From a virus: a stretch of 64,000 nucleotides of DNA. The position numbers and the translations under genes are program-made. Positions 14,885-24,834 of the stretch are shown piece by piece; position 1 is the stretch's first letter; the number at the start of each line of letters is the position of its first letter. The DNA lies in IMG/VR virus record IMGVR_UViG_3300023116_000009, positions 1-64,000 of that record, one strand, 5' to 3'. The notes below the pieces were generated by a model. It was not told where the DNA came from. It did no database searches and saw nothing but the letters and a program-made list of their open reading frames with translations.

Positions 14885-15098
14885 CCTGTAGTGATACTTG
14901 AACGTTACTACATTCATAACGAACATACTCACGTCCATCACTACCAATCACCTCTACACGGGTGACATCAGGATAGTTCTTGATGAAATCACCATTAGAC
15001 ATTTCGATATCATCTAGTGAGGTATCAATATCAAATCCATCATATGTGGTGTCTAACCACGGAGCATCATCTTTGTCAGGTAGATTGAATTCAGTCAT
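14838..15098 (-). CDS. Hypothetical protein
   Basis: 86-aa ORF (VTRVEVIGSDGREYV..SLQDDGQTIKVF). Confidence 0.65.
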   Translation of the reverse strand: MTEFNLPDKDDAPWLDTTYDGFDIDTSLDDIEMSNGDFIKNYPDVTRVEVIGSDGREYVRYECSNVQVSLQDDGQTIKVFLASTYD

Positions 15099-15239
15099 TG
15101 AAACTCTCCTGAAACTGTTTCCAACGTTTGTCTAGTTGACTGTCCATCCATCCCCATACACCATGTTCCATACCATCAACACCAGCAACTTCAATCTCAT
15201 CTTGAATGAGACGGCGGAGCATTTGAATTTGTTCGTCAG

Positions 15240-15455
15240 TCATTTGAGTTTTGCCCATTCAGTAATGTTTGAATCATTACCCTCGTAGGAGTAATTGACA
15301 TACAGATTGTCACCACCAATATTCATGTGATACATCTTACCATCATTCATGTAGATGCCGAGCCATACAGCACGACCTTCCTCCATCGTTTCATAATGCA
15401 CCATGCGTACATCTTCCAGCACAATCTCGTCTGGGTTCTTCACAAAATGACTCAT
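15240..15455 (-). CDS. Hypothetical protein
   Basis: 71-aa ORF with overlapping start and stop codons. Confidence 0.65.
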   Translation of the reverse strand: MSHFVKNPDEIVLEDVRMVHYETMEEGRAVWLGIYMNDGKMYHMNIGGDNLYVNYSYEGNDSNITEWAKLK

Positions 15456-15739
15456 TCGAATCCCTCCACTGGGAATTGTTTAGGTTGAGTGTAGTACAGT
15501 TCATCACGCCAGTTACGACCACAAATGTCAAAGGTAAATCCTAACTTACCGAGAGAGAATAGGAATGAGAACAGTTTACCATATCCCATAGTGATTTGGA
15601 GATATGGCCATTCGATCCAATTACCATACTCACCGATGTCAAATGCCACCTGAAGTAGGGAATAACTTTTAGTTGTGAGCACAGTCATATAGTATTCTGT
15701 GCCGTAGTCCTCACGTTTGCCAAATTGAATGATTTTCAT
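15452..15739 (-). CDS. Hypothetical protein
   Basis: 95-aa ORF with ATGA overlaps. Confidence 0.65.
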   Translation of the reverse strand: MKIIQFGKREDYGTEYYMTVLTTKSYSLLQVAFDIGEYGNWIEWPYLQITMGYGKLFSFLFSLGKLGFTFDICGRNWRDELYYTQPKQFPVEGFE

Positions 15740-16308
15740 GCTACACCATCTAGTTTGGATTGCTCATACAAATCTACCATTTCTTCAAGTTGATTGTCAG
15801 TGAATTTGGCAAACTTTTGGAAACGGCGATAGAGTGACCAGTAACGTTGTTCCCATGTAGGATCGTTGCTGGTATCACCATTTGTTACAATAGTGCCGTG
15901 AGGATCAGTAATTTCCCAGGCATCTTCAAGAATTGTACCCATCGGACCTTTATTCAGTTTTGCCCATTCTTCATCTGCTTTTTTGAATTCCTCATACTTA
16001 CTACGGAGATCTTCATCCATAGTCAGTTCATACTCTTTACAGACCTTACGTTGATCTTCCTCAAGCACCATATCATTGAACACCAATGACATAGCACCAC
16101 TGCGAATAGATTGTGGGCACATACCCACACACAGCATGAACTTCTCAAATAATTTGAAGTACTGTCGTGCGTTGAGGTCTTGTGCAGGTGCAGTGATCAC
16201 ATAATGCTCTTCAGGGAGCATATCATCAGCAATAGTAGATCCAAACCCACTGTAAGTAGGTGTCCAGGTAGAGTCAAACTTTAGTTCAACAGTTGCTTCA
16301 TAAGTCAT
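15736..16308 (-). CDS. Conserved cyanophage hypothetical protein
   Basis: 190-aa ORF with ATGA overlaps. Confidence 0.7.
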   Translation of the reverse strand: MTYEATVELKFDSTWTPTYSGFGSTIADDMLPEEHYVITAPAQDLNARQYFKLFEKFMLCVGMCPQSIRSGAMSLVFNDMVLEEDQRKVCKEYELTMDEDLRSKYEEFKKADEEWAKLNKGPMGTILEDAWEITDPHGTIVTNGDTSNDPTWEQRYWSLYRRFQKFAKFTDNQLEEMVDLYEQSKLDGVA

Positions 16309-16781
16309 GAATAGAGTCCTGTAATTGTGTCAACGTCAGCAGGTCGAAATGCTCTCACTGGTGCAATCCAGTTGTAAGACATCACTGTGTCGTTGGTGTC
16401 TGTATCATACCATATATCACCGTCTCTGTCATCATGTGGGTGTTCAAGTCCTAACGCATGACCCCACTCATGCAAATACACATACTTCTTATCATCAGAA
16501 CGTTTTTTGACTAGGATAGTATATCCTTTCTCTGTTGGTATGCACAGACCAGAAGCATAACCATATGGTTCTGGCATAGCATTTTGCTCATAGAATGCAA
16601 CCTCAGCATGTTTTGGTTTCTTCAACACCTTGATGTCAAATGATACTATCTCATCTGTGGTTGCAATCATGTTACGAGTGAACCTCGTTGGACTATCAAC
16701 ATACACCTTGAGGATATTATCATCCAAGAATTGAGAGGTGTGTTCATAGTTACGAGGATAGATTAGTTCTTCCATCAGCAC
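16305..16781 (-). CDS. Metzincin zinc metalloprotease (matrixin/serralysin-like)
   Basis: HEWGHALGLEH (HExxHxxGxxH) plus the Met-turn TVMSY. Confidence 0.9.
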   Translation of the reverse strand: MLMEELIYPRNYEHTSQFLDDNILKVYVDSPTRFTRNMIATTDEIVSFDIKVLKKPKHAEVAFYEQNAMPEPYGYASGLCIPTEKGYTILVKKRSDDKKYVYLHEWGHALGLEHPHDDRDGDIWYDTDTNDTVMSYNWIAPVRAFRPADVDTITGLYS

Positions 16782-16960
16782 TCATCATGCGGGAGATAAT
16801 CTGGTGCTTCTACCTCTTCTTTCTTCACGTAACGGATATTGTAAGGAGAATTGAAGAAACGACGGAAAGCGACCACAGTAATAAGCAGCGCCGAAGAGAC
16901 GCCAACAAGACCAAGGAAGGTAACAGCATCGCCAGTGAAAGAGTAAGTGTCAGGAGTCAT
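16775..16960 (-). CDS. Small membrane protein
   Basis: TM segment AVTFLGLVGVSSALLITVVAF followed by RRFFNSPYN. Confidence 0.7.
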   Translation of the reverse strand: MTPDTYSFTGDAVTFLGLVGVSSALLITVVAFRRFFNSPYNIRYVKKEEVEAPDYLPHDEC

Positions 16961-17043
16961 CGGTAAATTGCTTTAAAGAACAGAATGATACCAGCAACAG
17001 TCATGATGCCAGTAAGGAGGAGAGAAGTGTTAGTTACGTCCAT
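16957..17043 (-). CDS. 28-aa membrane peptide (not in the ORF track)
   Basis: MDVTNTSLLLTGIMTVAGIILFFKAIYR; ATGA overlap with the next gene. Confidence 0.55.
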   Translation of the reverse strand: MDVTNTSLLLTGIMTVAGIILFFKAIYR

Positions 17044-17045
17044 GA

Positions 17046-17456
17046 TCAGCGAATGTAGAGGTAACCACCAGACCAATCAGCGTTGCCAAGCAACCAGTTC
17101 AGGTCTTCGTCCTGCAGCAGAGAGTAACGAGCAATCTTTGCAGGTGCCTTGATGCTAGCAGGTTTGAACACGTCACCCGTCTCACGATCAATGAAGGCGT
17201 GGACGCTGGAGGAACCACCGCTGTCCTTCATCATGACCTTGAGGTAACGGCGACCACGCTTGATGTAGAACTCAATAGGAGCACCATTCTCGATGATCTC
17301 AGCGATCTTGGACTGGTGGTAGTCCATGTTGATCTCATTGTCGATGCTACGCTGGTGAGCACGGATCTGGTAGTCCTTGAAGTTCATGTACAGGGCATCG
17401 CAGAGCATCACGGTGTAGTCCTCGATCTTCTCTGCTGCCAGGGTGGTGTTGATCAT
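17046..17456 (-). CDS. Conserved phage early protein
   Basis: GRRYLKV..SVHAFID..TGDVFKPAS.KAPAK.ARY motif; own -10 (TACAAT, 17489-17484); GC-rich like the early island. Confidence 0.75.
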   Translation of the reverse strand: MINTTLAAEKIEDYTVMLCDALYMNFKDYQIRAHQRSIDNEINMDYHQSKIAEIIENGAPIEFYIKRGRRYLKVMMKDSGGSSSVHAFIDRETGDVFKPASIKAPAKIARYSLLQDEDLNWLLGNADWSGGYLYIR

Positions 17457-17537
17457 TGGGTGTGTCCCCTTGAGTACCTTCATATTGTAGGGCACACCTC
17501 GTCCTTGGCGACCTGCTGTGTGGCGGTCTGTAGAGTG

Positions 17538-17756
17538 TCACTGTGACATCTCTTCGACTGTCTGCATGATCTCCTGTCTGGTAGGTGCAGCAGGTTTAGG
17601 ATTATCAGATTGAATTTGCTTGACAACCTCAATGCCACCTTTGATACGAGCACGAAAATCTTTGAGTTTATCCAGTTCTTCTTGCTTCTCAGAGATATCC
17701 GAGTTAACTGCTCTCAATTGATTTTCAAGGTTTTCTAGATACTGTTGGAATTCCAT
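17538..17756 (-). CDS. Coiled-coil hypothetical protein
   Basis: Heptad pattern LENLENQLRAVNSDISEKQEELDKL. Confidence 0.7.
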   Translation of the reverse strand: MEFQQYLENLENQLRAVNSDISEKQEELDKLKDFRARIKGGIEVVKQIQSDNPKPAAPTRQEIMQTVEEMSQ

Positions 17757-17763
17757 ATAAATA
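17756..17763 (+). promoter_or_regulatory. T4-type late promoter
   Basis: TATAAATA upstream of the 17820 gene; a second CATAAATA at 17787. Confidence 0.75.
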
Positions 17764-17819
17764 ACGGATTGACTAAACTACTATACCATAAATAAAGAGA
17801 AAAGGCAACCCTAATACTC

Positions 17820-20800
17820 ATGGCAGTAAAACTATTTAATAGGATTGGATTAAGACGTGACTTAGACCTTGGCGACTTACTGAATCCTGAAGTAGCATTA
17901 AATAATGTATTGGGTACAATGGTGGACGAGGGAACGTTCACTGTTGAAGATATCGAACCAATCAAAAATATTTACGTTACTGATATTACATCATCAACAT
18001 TCTTAACTCTTGTAGGAATCACTGTAGAGTTCACTCCTATCGTTATTGATGAAGAAACTGGTTTACCTGCTGTGGGTAATGCAGATAACCCTGTAGCATA
18101 CAGACCCTTTGTTAAGATTAAGAATAGATTAGATACAGCATACTTTACAACAGGTGAACCATTCTTCTATGGTGGTGATGGTCCTGTCGCAACATATTAT
18201 GATGCAAATAAGATTATTAGATTGCCAGATTCACTGGTACTTGGTAAGGTATATCAAATTGGTGATGTCGTATTATCAAATAATAATATTTACAGAGTAG
18301 TTTTACCTAACTCTAGCACATCCGTTCAACTGTCTCACATTAGTGGTTCTCAGGATGGTTTCTTATATCAAAGAGCATATGATGCTAAAGAGGTGTATTT
18401 TAATGGGCAGTATGACCCAATTACTGGTGAGGACAGGACAGAAAGCGATAACTTCTGGGAACGTGGATTCTTCTTATATGGAGATAAGATCAGGGATTCC
18501 TATCTATCATCATATGGTGGTGTGAAATGGAATGGATACTTTAAACCAACTGTATCTGGTTCACACAGATTCTTTATTAGATCTACTGGCAATGTTCAGT
18601 TCAAGTTCCAAGATCCATCAGTATTATCATCCTCACCCGCAAAGTATGGTCAACCAAATCCATCGTATGTTGCAGGAATAAGTGGTGGAACTACTAATCA
18701 ACAGACCTGGAGAGCAACACTATATTCCAATTTGACTGATACTACAAGAAAATTTGTAGAACTTTGGTTTGAGACAGCGTTAACTCTTGCAACTGATGAC
18801 TTAGTATATGTTGAATCACTACAAGGTCAATTAGTAAGTAAGCAATATAGAATTTCCACATTAAATCCATCTGGTGAACTTTCTTCAGTAGATAGAATAT
18901 GGATCGAAGTAACTGAAGATTTCAACCGTAAGAATGTCGAACTAAATCAACTCCCAACAGTTAATACAACTGGTAATTGGGATGCTAGTACTGGCAACAA
19001 GTCAAGTATTAGATACTATCCATATGAAAGAAGAGCATTAAAGACATATCTAAATTCAATTTATAAAAATTTAGAGTTACCCTCGTCTGCATATACTATT
19101 TCCAACAACACAATTACATTTACTGGAGCAACTGCAGATTATTATTATATGCAGTTCATGATTAATGATTACATTTATGATTATAGACAAAGAGGCACAG
19201 AAACTCACGGTGCTAGAAGATTTATTGTTACCAGTTTAAACGATAATACAAAAACAGTAACAGTTGCAATTGATGCTGGATATACTGGAGTTAATACTTC
19301 ATCAAATAATGATCAACTAGCAAGGTGGGATCCACCAAATTTATTTGTTTGGGACGCCACATTTGGTGAACTTGTTGATCAGACATATAATACTGGTGCA
19401 ATAAACGATATCATTTCTGGTACAACACGCACAAACAATTTGCACTTTGTTGCTAGATTTGGTAAAAATGGAGATGATGGCATTAGAACCAAATATATTA
19501 CCATTAATCAGTTCATTCCACAGTATGAAGAACATGCTTTTGAGTTGTCATTCTTTATGAAGGATGAGGATATCCCATTTGATTTAGATGTAGAAAACAA
19601 AGGAATTATTTTCTATTATGCTGATGAAAATAGTGGATATGACCCTATCAATTATAAACACTTATATGATCCAGATTATGAATTCTATCAAATTGGCGAC
19701 TTTAAAACATTCTTAGACAACACTATTCCTCTTGGTGGTACTAGTAGAGAACAAGGTATCAGTCAAAGAACTTTTGGTGGTGAACAGTTACTTACTGCTG
19801 GTGATCAATACTCTACTTTCTACACAACGTTACCACTTCAATCAATTTATGAACCTCCAGTAAGATGGAATGACGTTGCTACATTTGAAGGCACTGGAGT
19901 TACTGCTGGTGTGAGAAGAGTTAGTATTAGTGATGTTGTAAACATTGAAGTTGGTAACTTTGTAGTCCAGAATAATGCTGCTGACTTCTATGAAGAAAAT
20001 CCAATCTTACCAGCAGGAACAAGAGTAGTAGAAGTTCTGAATAGTGCAAATGCTATTAGTGGAGATGCTATCATCAGTAGAGTTCCCAGTTCTACTAATA
20101 GTAGCACTGCATTATGGTTCTTTAATCATCGTGGATTTGTAACCACAGCATATGTTTTTGCAAAGGGAGATGAAGGCACTCTTGCTCTTGGTGCTAACAG
20201 AATATACTGTCATCCAGATTTCCCAGTCAATACTGTTGTATACCCATTAAATAGTGGTTCTGATACTTCATTTGCTTTCTATGATACAAAATCAAGGACT
20301 ACATTATTCAATACTGTAATCACAGCAAGTACAGCAGTTGGTACTAGTAATAACTTTACATCTAATGGTGTTACAGTTACATATACAAAAACAAGTGCTA
20401 CTACCTTAGAAGTTACTGGTGAAGGATTTGGTTATGTATTGAGATATAAAGCAGGGGATTTTAGTGAAGTTAAGAAAGGAATGGTATTTGTATCTAATAG
20501 AGATTCATCTACTCAAACATTCTATAGAAGAATTGAAGGAATTGAAGATTTTAATAATGACAATGCTGGATATATTTACTTCAACAATCCATATACAAAT
20601 TTAACTAGTGGCAACATGTTTGCTGCAGTATATTATGATAAAGGAATTGATATTGTAAAACCATTAGAGTCATATTGTAATGGCATTACATGTTCACAAA
20701 ACAACTATCAGAATGAAACTGTCACCAATGAGGATGGGGAACAGGAAGTTGTAACTTATCCAAAGACAGATTATATTTTACCAACAGTTTATGAATCTCT

Positions 20801-22256
20801 TCAAGCGTGGGAATCTGGTCCTGAATTTAGTGTCACCAATACATATACAGAGAGTGGCGTTGGTTCTGTATGGTTTGGCACTAATTGGAAGTGGTGGTTT
20901 GATAGAGCAGCAGATTCAAGTGCAAATCGTGATTATGTAGCAACTCCTGGCAATGTAGCAGATTATGCAAATGCAGGAAGAACTTTCAAAGATGATATTG
21001 TACACGTTCAATTAACTCAAGATCTTATCAATCCAGCAAATACTGATGCATTAGTTAGTGGTTTAGAATCTGCTGGATATCCTGGAACATCAGCATTAAC
21101 TGGTCCTAATGATTTTATTCCTATTGGAAGAGTCATTGGTTATCTTAGATTGGGTCCTGTTAATGGTGTATATGACTACAAATTTGTCGTCAAACTATTC
21201 AAAAATTCTGTAACGTGGGCAGACACATATACTAATGATATTGGTACTGTAATTAACAAAAAGATTGATTGGACAAAATTTAGTTCTTCACAATTCAGCA
21301 TTAGAAAGTGGGCAAACCATGACGCTAATAGAGGTACAACTCTTGTTAGGGTATCTGATGTAACATCATCTTTAAACTTGGAAGCAAAATTATTAGCATG
21401 GACCACATCCACCAGCACTACTTCAACATATTATCAGTACACTGGAAACACTACAGCATATAGTGCTAGTTTTGGTTTAGATGCATATTTCCACAATATA
21501 GAAAGTATTCCAACACTAGAGAATACACTAGATTCTAGAGTAATTACCAATGGGTGCTGGTTGCGTGAAGAAATTATTGATGGTGTTAGAAAAACAATTT
21601 ACTTTGAGTCATTTGATCAAACACAGGGACCTTACTCAGTATATGGTAAGCATTATACTGGTACTAATCCAAGTACTGGAATGGCAGTCACTTTTACTTT
21701 AACTGGTGGAACTGAGATTAATAATGCGGTTAACTTAAAAGAAGAGAGTATCAGTGATATTAAAGTTGGCACTAGTTTACCTCAAGATCAGTACAGATAC
21801 TTACAGTTTAGAAATGAAGTATATCAATTAGTTCCAACAACTCCTACAGTTGAAGGAATCATACCATATGTAAGAGTTATTGATAGATTTACCACTCAAC
21901 CTAACACTACTGGGTATCTTCAAAACTCCACCAACCAACTCTCGGTATATACTCTTGCAAATACTACTACAAATAGAGAACTGTGCTGCCCTCCATTAGA
22001 CACATCACCACCATTTGATAGTTCACCAATTGGTCTTGCGACTACAATTAATGAACCAGATATGGCAGTTGCTGGTGGGTTGAATGTTAGAATTCTGTCA
22101 GCAAAACATCCTGTTGCTAACATTCTTGAATTGCCAAGTGGAGTTACTACATCACAACTAGATGTAGACAAGAAACTTAGAATTGAATTCAGTGGTCAGC
22201 AATATGATCTCCTGATTGGAGATGACGTACCTCAAGCAGTTAAAGACGCCAATTAA
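17820..22256 (+). CDS. Large virion structural protein with a PA14-like region
   Basis: 1478 aa, late promoter; GGVKWNGYFKPTVSGSHRFFIRSTG resembles the PA14 core. Confidence 0.75.
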   Translation: MAVKLFNRIGLRRDLDLGDLLNPEVALNNVLGTMVDEGTFTVEDIEPIKNIYVTDITSSTFLTLVGITVEFTPIVIDEETGLPAVGNADNPVAYRPFVKIKNRLDTAYFTTGEPFFYGGDGPVATYYDANKIIRLPDSLVLGKVYQIGDVVLSNNNIYRVVLPNSSTSVQLSHISGSQDGFLYQRAYDAKEVYFNGQYDPITGEDRTESDNFWERGFFLYGDKIRDSYLSSYGGVKWNGYFKPTVSGSHRFFIRSTGNVQFKFQDPSVLSSSPAKYGQPNPSYVAGISGGTTNQQTWRATLYSNLTDTTRKFVELWFETALTLATDDLVYVESLQGQLVSKQYRISTLNPSGELSSVDRIWIEVTEDFNRKNVELNQLPTVNTTGNWDASTGNKSSIRYYPYERRALKTYLNSIYKNLELPSSAYTISNNTITFTGATADYYYMQFMINDYIYDYRQRGTETHGARRFIVTSLNDNTKTVTVAIDAGYTGVNTSSNNDQLARWDPPNLFVWDATFGELVDQTYNTGAINDIISGTTRTNNLHFVARFGKNGDDGIRTKYITINQFIPQYEEHAFELSFFMKDEDIPFDLDVENKGIIFYYADENSGYDPINYKHLYDPDYEFYQIGDFKTFLDNTIPLGGTSREQGISQRTFGGEQLLTAGDQYSTFYTTLPLQSIYEPPVRWNDVATFEGTGVTAGVRRVSISDVVNIEVGNFVVQNNAADFYEENPILPAGTRVVEVLNSANAISGDAIISRVPSSTNSSTALWFFNHRGFVTTAYVFAKGDEGTLALGANRIYCHPDFPVNTVVYPLNSGSDTSFAFYDTKSRTTLFNTVITASTAVGTSNNFTSNGVTVTYTKTSATTLEVTGEGFGYVLRYKAGDFSEVKKGMVFVSNRDSSTQTFYRRIEGIEDFNNDNAGYIYFNNPYTNLTSGNMFAAVYYDKGIDIVKPLESYCNGITCSQNNYQNETVTNEDGEQEVVTYPKTDYILPTVYESLQAWESGPEFSVTNTYTESGVGSVWFGTNWKWWFDRAADSSANRDYVATPGNVADYANAGRTFKDDIVHVQLTQDLINPANTDALVSGLESAGYPGTSALTGPNDFIPIGRVIGYLRLGPVNGVYDYKFVVKLFKNSVTWADTYTNDIGTVINKKIDWTKFSSSQFSIRKWANHDANRGTTLVRVSDVTSSLNLEAKLLAWTTSTSTTSTYYQYTGNTTAYSASFGLDAYFHNIESIPTLENTLDSRVITNGCWLREEIIDGVRKTIYFESFDQTQGPYSVYGKHYTGTNPSTGMAVTFTLTGGTEINNAVNLKEESISDIKVGTSLPQDQYRYLQFRNEVYQLVPTTPTVEGIIPYVRVIDRFTTQPNTTGYLQNSTNQLSVYTLANTTTNRELCCPPLDTSPPFDSSPIGLATTINEPDMAVAGGLNVRILSAKHPVANILELPSGVTTSQLDVDKKLRIEFSGQQYDLLIGDDVPQAVKDAN

Positions 22257-24829
22257 ACCTTCTTCATAATGAGGAAAAAGTCCTCATTATTGATTGAAAT
22301 CTTTAACTTATATGCTGTTGGGTTAGTTCCTGAGACAGAGAAATTGTCTGCCAGGGACTCACCCAATGCACCGTCACCATTAACAAATTTACTATTGTCT
22401 GTTGTAAGTCCATCTCGACGCAGATCAATATCAATGCTAGTTGTAAATACTAAGTCATTGATATTAACTCTAAATGATGTGGTTTTAATTTCCCCATCAC
22501 CAATTGACCAAGGGTTATAATCACTTGAGAAAGAACGTGTCTTGTTAGCAAAGTCAGACCTTAAATCATTAGTAATTTGAGATCCAGCATCACTAATGAA
22601 AATGCCAGGAGATGCATCTTCTGCAAGTTGATTATCATTACTGTTAAACCCATCTGGATCATATGCAGTAAGAAGTCCATCAACAAAAATATCTCTCGCA
22701 TAATATAATTTACGATCTACTCTATACTTTTGGTCTTTAAGATATGAAGTTTGATCGACATTATCAATAACGTTATTAAGTTCTACAGAATATCCATCAT
22801 CAACATTATAACTGAACTGACCATCTCTACCATATTCATCAGAAATCTCTGCAGTTTCAAAAATTTCAGGTGCTTCTAAGTTTAAAACATTTTCAATGGT
22901 GAGAGTATCATCTCTTTTAAAAATTACGTCTGGAAATAGTGTTGTAGTTGGTACTGACACTCCAGAGTAAGTTGTACTTTCACTAGATGGTATTGTATAT
23001 TCCTCAGCGACTAAGATGATTTCTTTGTCTGCTTGGATATTAGATCTTGGACTAGTTTTTAAGAAATAACTATCTCTACCATTAGCATCAAAGACACCAT
23101 ATTCTACACCACTATCATTTGAAGCGACGACAGGGGAAGAATTGACAACAAATAATTGAAAGGTGTTACCAAATGTAGATCCAGCACTAAATCCGTTTCC
23201 AGATGCAACTACCACAACATAATATACTGTTTGGTTGTTAACAATAGATGTATATTTGTCAGCAATTCTATAATCAATACCACTCTGAGTATATTTGCTA
23301 CCAATTGAAATACCGATCCATGAAGTTTGAGATGTAGTGCATAACATCTTTCTACCAAATTTATTAAAGGTATCAAAGATGTTTAATTTAGATCCTCCTG
23401 AGTTATTATAAATGGTGAAGAATGGTTTAACATAACCTTCGGTGTCTAAAGTATAATTTGGATACTCTCTTACTCTAACACTAGTTGCAATAACATGTCC
23501 CAATCCAGAGGCATTAACTTCTGATGCAGATAATGATGTTGTTGCTGTAACTGGCACATACAAGTATCCAGGTGCGGCAGCAGTTGCATAATTAGGTGTC
23601 GGTGCATTTTGAATATAAGTTCTCATTAAACCAATGTCAGTAGCACTTGGTTCATCTCCAACATTGTCAATATTAATAATACTTTCAGGAAGACCTTCCA
23701 TGTATGCAACTAATGACACTGGATTTGTCCTAGTTGCTCCAGTTTCCAATCCATTTACAGTAATATAATTAGTAACCCAGTTTTTGACATCATCAAGGAA
23801 ATCTGCAAGAACAGTTTGATCAAAGTTCTGACTATTTGTGAAAAATGCTGCAAGCAGATCAATATCAAATGTACTCAATCTACCATCACCATCTACATCA
23901 TATAAAGACAGATTTGAGGTCAATTGTTCCTGTGCATATATCTTTCTATTAATATCATATGCCTTATCAGAAGAATTATTAGGAAGTACAAAGGTATTTA
24001 AAGATGATGTTAGATTTTTAAATATAGTATATTCACCATCAAGTTTAGAACTAGTGTTTGTAATTTCTACGGTAAGATCCTTATTGCTCAACGTGCTAGG
24101 ATCCCATGCATAGTTACCAACTAATATAACTCTCCAGGGGAATCCAATCAAAGTTACAGTGAATCCCTCTCCATTAATTCCTACAAACTCTCCTGGAATG
24201 TCACCATTAATGTAAGTTGAACTTCCTTGAACTCTATACTTTGATACAGATAATACATTTCCTTGAGAAAATCCAATGATAGCATCACCACTCTGCTGTA
24301 CAGTTCCACTGTTAGTGATTTCTACTGATTGAATTTGCCCTCTAAACCCAGTTGACCCAGCACCACCATCAGATACAACCACTGTTGCTGCAGCAGATTC
24401 AAATGTTCCACCACCACCTTTAAATAATACTTCATATGTACCTGGATTATAATTCTGACCTCTATCAAATGTAATATCCCTTCCTGCTAAGGGATTTGTC
24501 AGGACTCCATCATCTTCAAAACCAAAATAATCGTAATCATAATCTTCAATTAAATTAATTGGTTGAATCTCTATAATATCATTGTCTGTGTAATTATACA
24601 CAGTGTCTTTAAAGGTAAACTTTGTTCCAAGTTCAAGTGATTTACCAGATTCCTCGGTTGATGCTAAATCTCTAAACCTGTTAAAAAACAGTTGAGATTT
24701 CTCCGATGCCAATCCTTGAAATACTAATAAATCCGCTGCAGCAGTACCACCTGCCAAGTTATTGATGATTTCTTTACCATCAGTAACTTCTTGAAGATTT
24801 AACTCTTGTACAAAACCTTGATTTGCCAT
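22253..24829 (-). CDS. Virion structural protein with dockerin/EF-hand-like loops
   Basis: 858 aa; YDVDGDGRLSTFDIDLL and NIDNVGDEPSATDIGLMRTYI. Confidence 0.7.
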   Translation of the reverse strand: MANQGFVQELNLQEVTDGKEIINNLAGGTAAADLLVFQGLASEKSQLFFNRFRDLASTEESGKSLELGTKFTFKDTVYNYTDNDIIEIQPINLIEDYDYDYFGFEDDGVLTNPLAGRDITFDRGQNYNPGTYEVLFKGGGGTFESAAATVVVSDGGAGSTGFRGQIQSVEITNSGTVQQSGDAIIGFSQGNVLSVSKYRVQGSSTYINGDIPGEFVGINGEGFTVTLIGFPWRVILVGNYAWDPSTLSNKDLTVEITNTSSKLDGEYTIFKNLTSSLNTFVLPNNSSDKAYDINRKIYAQEQLTSNLSLYDVDGDGRLSTFDIDLLAAFFTNSQNFDQTVLADFLDDVKNWVTNYITVNGLETGATRTNPVSLVAYMEGLPESIINIDNVGDEPSATDIGLMRTYIQNAPTPNYATAAAPGYLYVPVTATTSLSASEVNASGLGHVIATSVRVREYPNYTLDTEGYVKPFFTIYNNSGGSKLNIFDTFNKFGRKMLCTTSQTSWIGISIGSKYTQSGIDYRIADKYTSIVNNQTVYYVVVVASGNGFSAGSTFGNTFQLFVVNSSPVVASNDSGVEYGVFDANGRDSYFLKTSPRSNIQADKEIILVAEEYTIPSSESTTYSGVSVPTTTLFPDVIFKRDDTLTIENVLNLEAPEIFETAEISDEYGRDGQFSYNVDDGYSVELNNVIDNVDQTSYLKDQKYRVDRKLYYARDIFVDGLLTAYDPDGFNSNDNQLAEDASPGIFISDAGSQITNDLRSDFANKTRSFSSDYNPWSIGDGEIKTTSFRVNINDLVFTTSIDIDLRRDGLTTDNSKFVNGDGALGESLADNFSVSGTNPTAYKLKISINNEDFFLIMKKV

Positions 24830-24834
24830 GTTTA

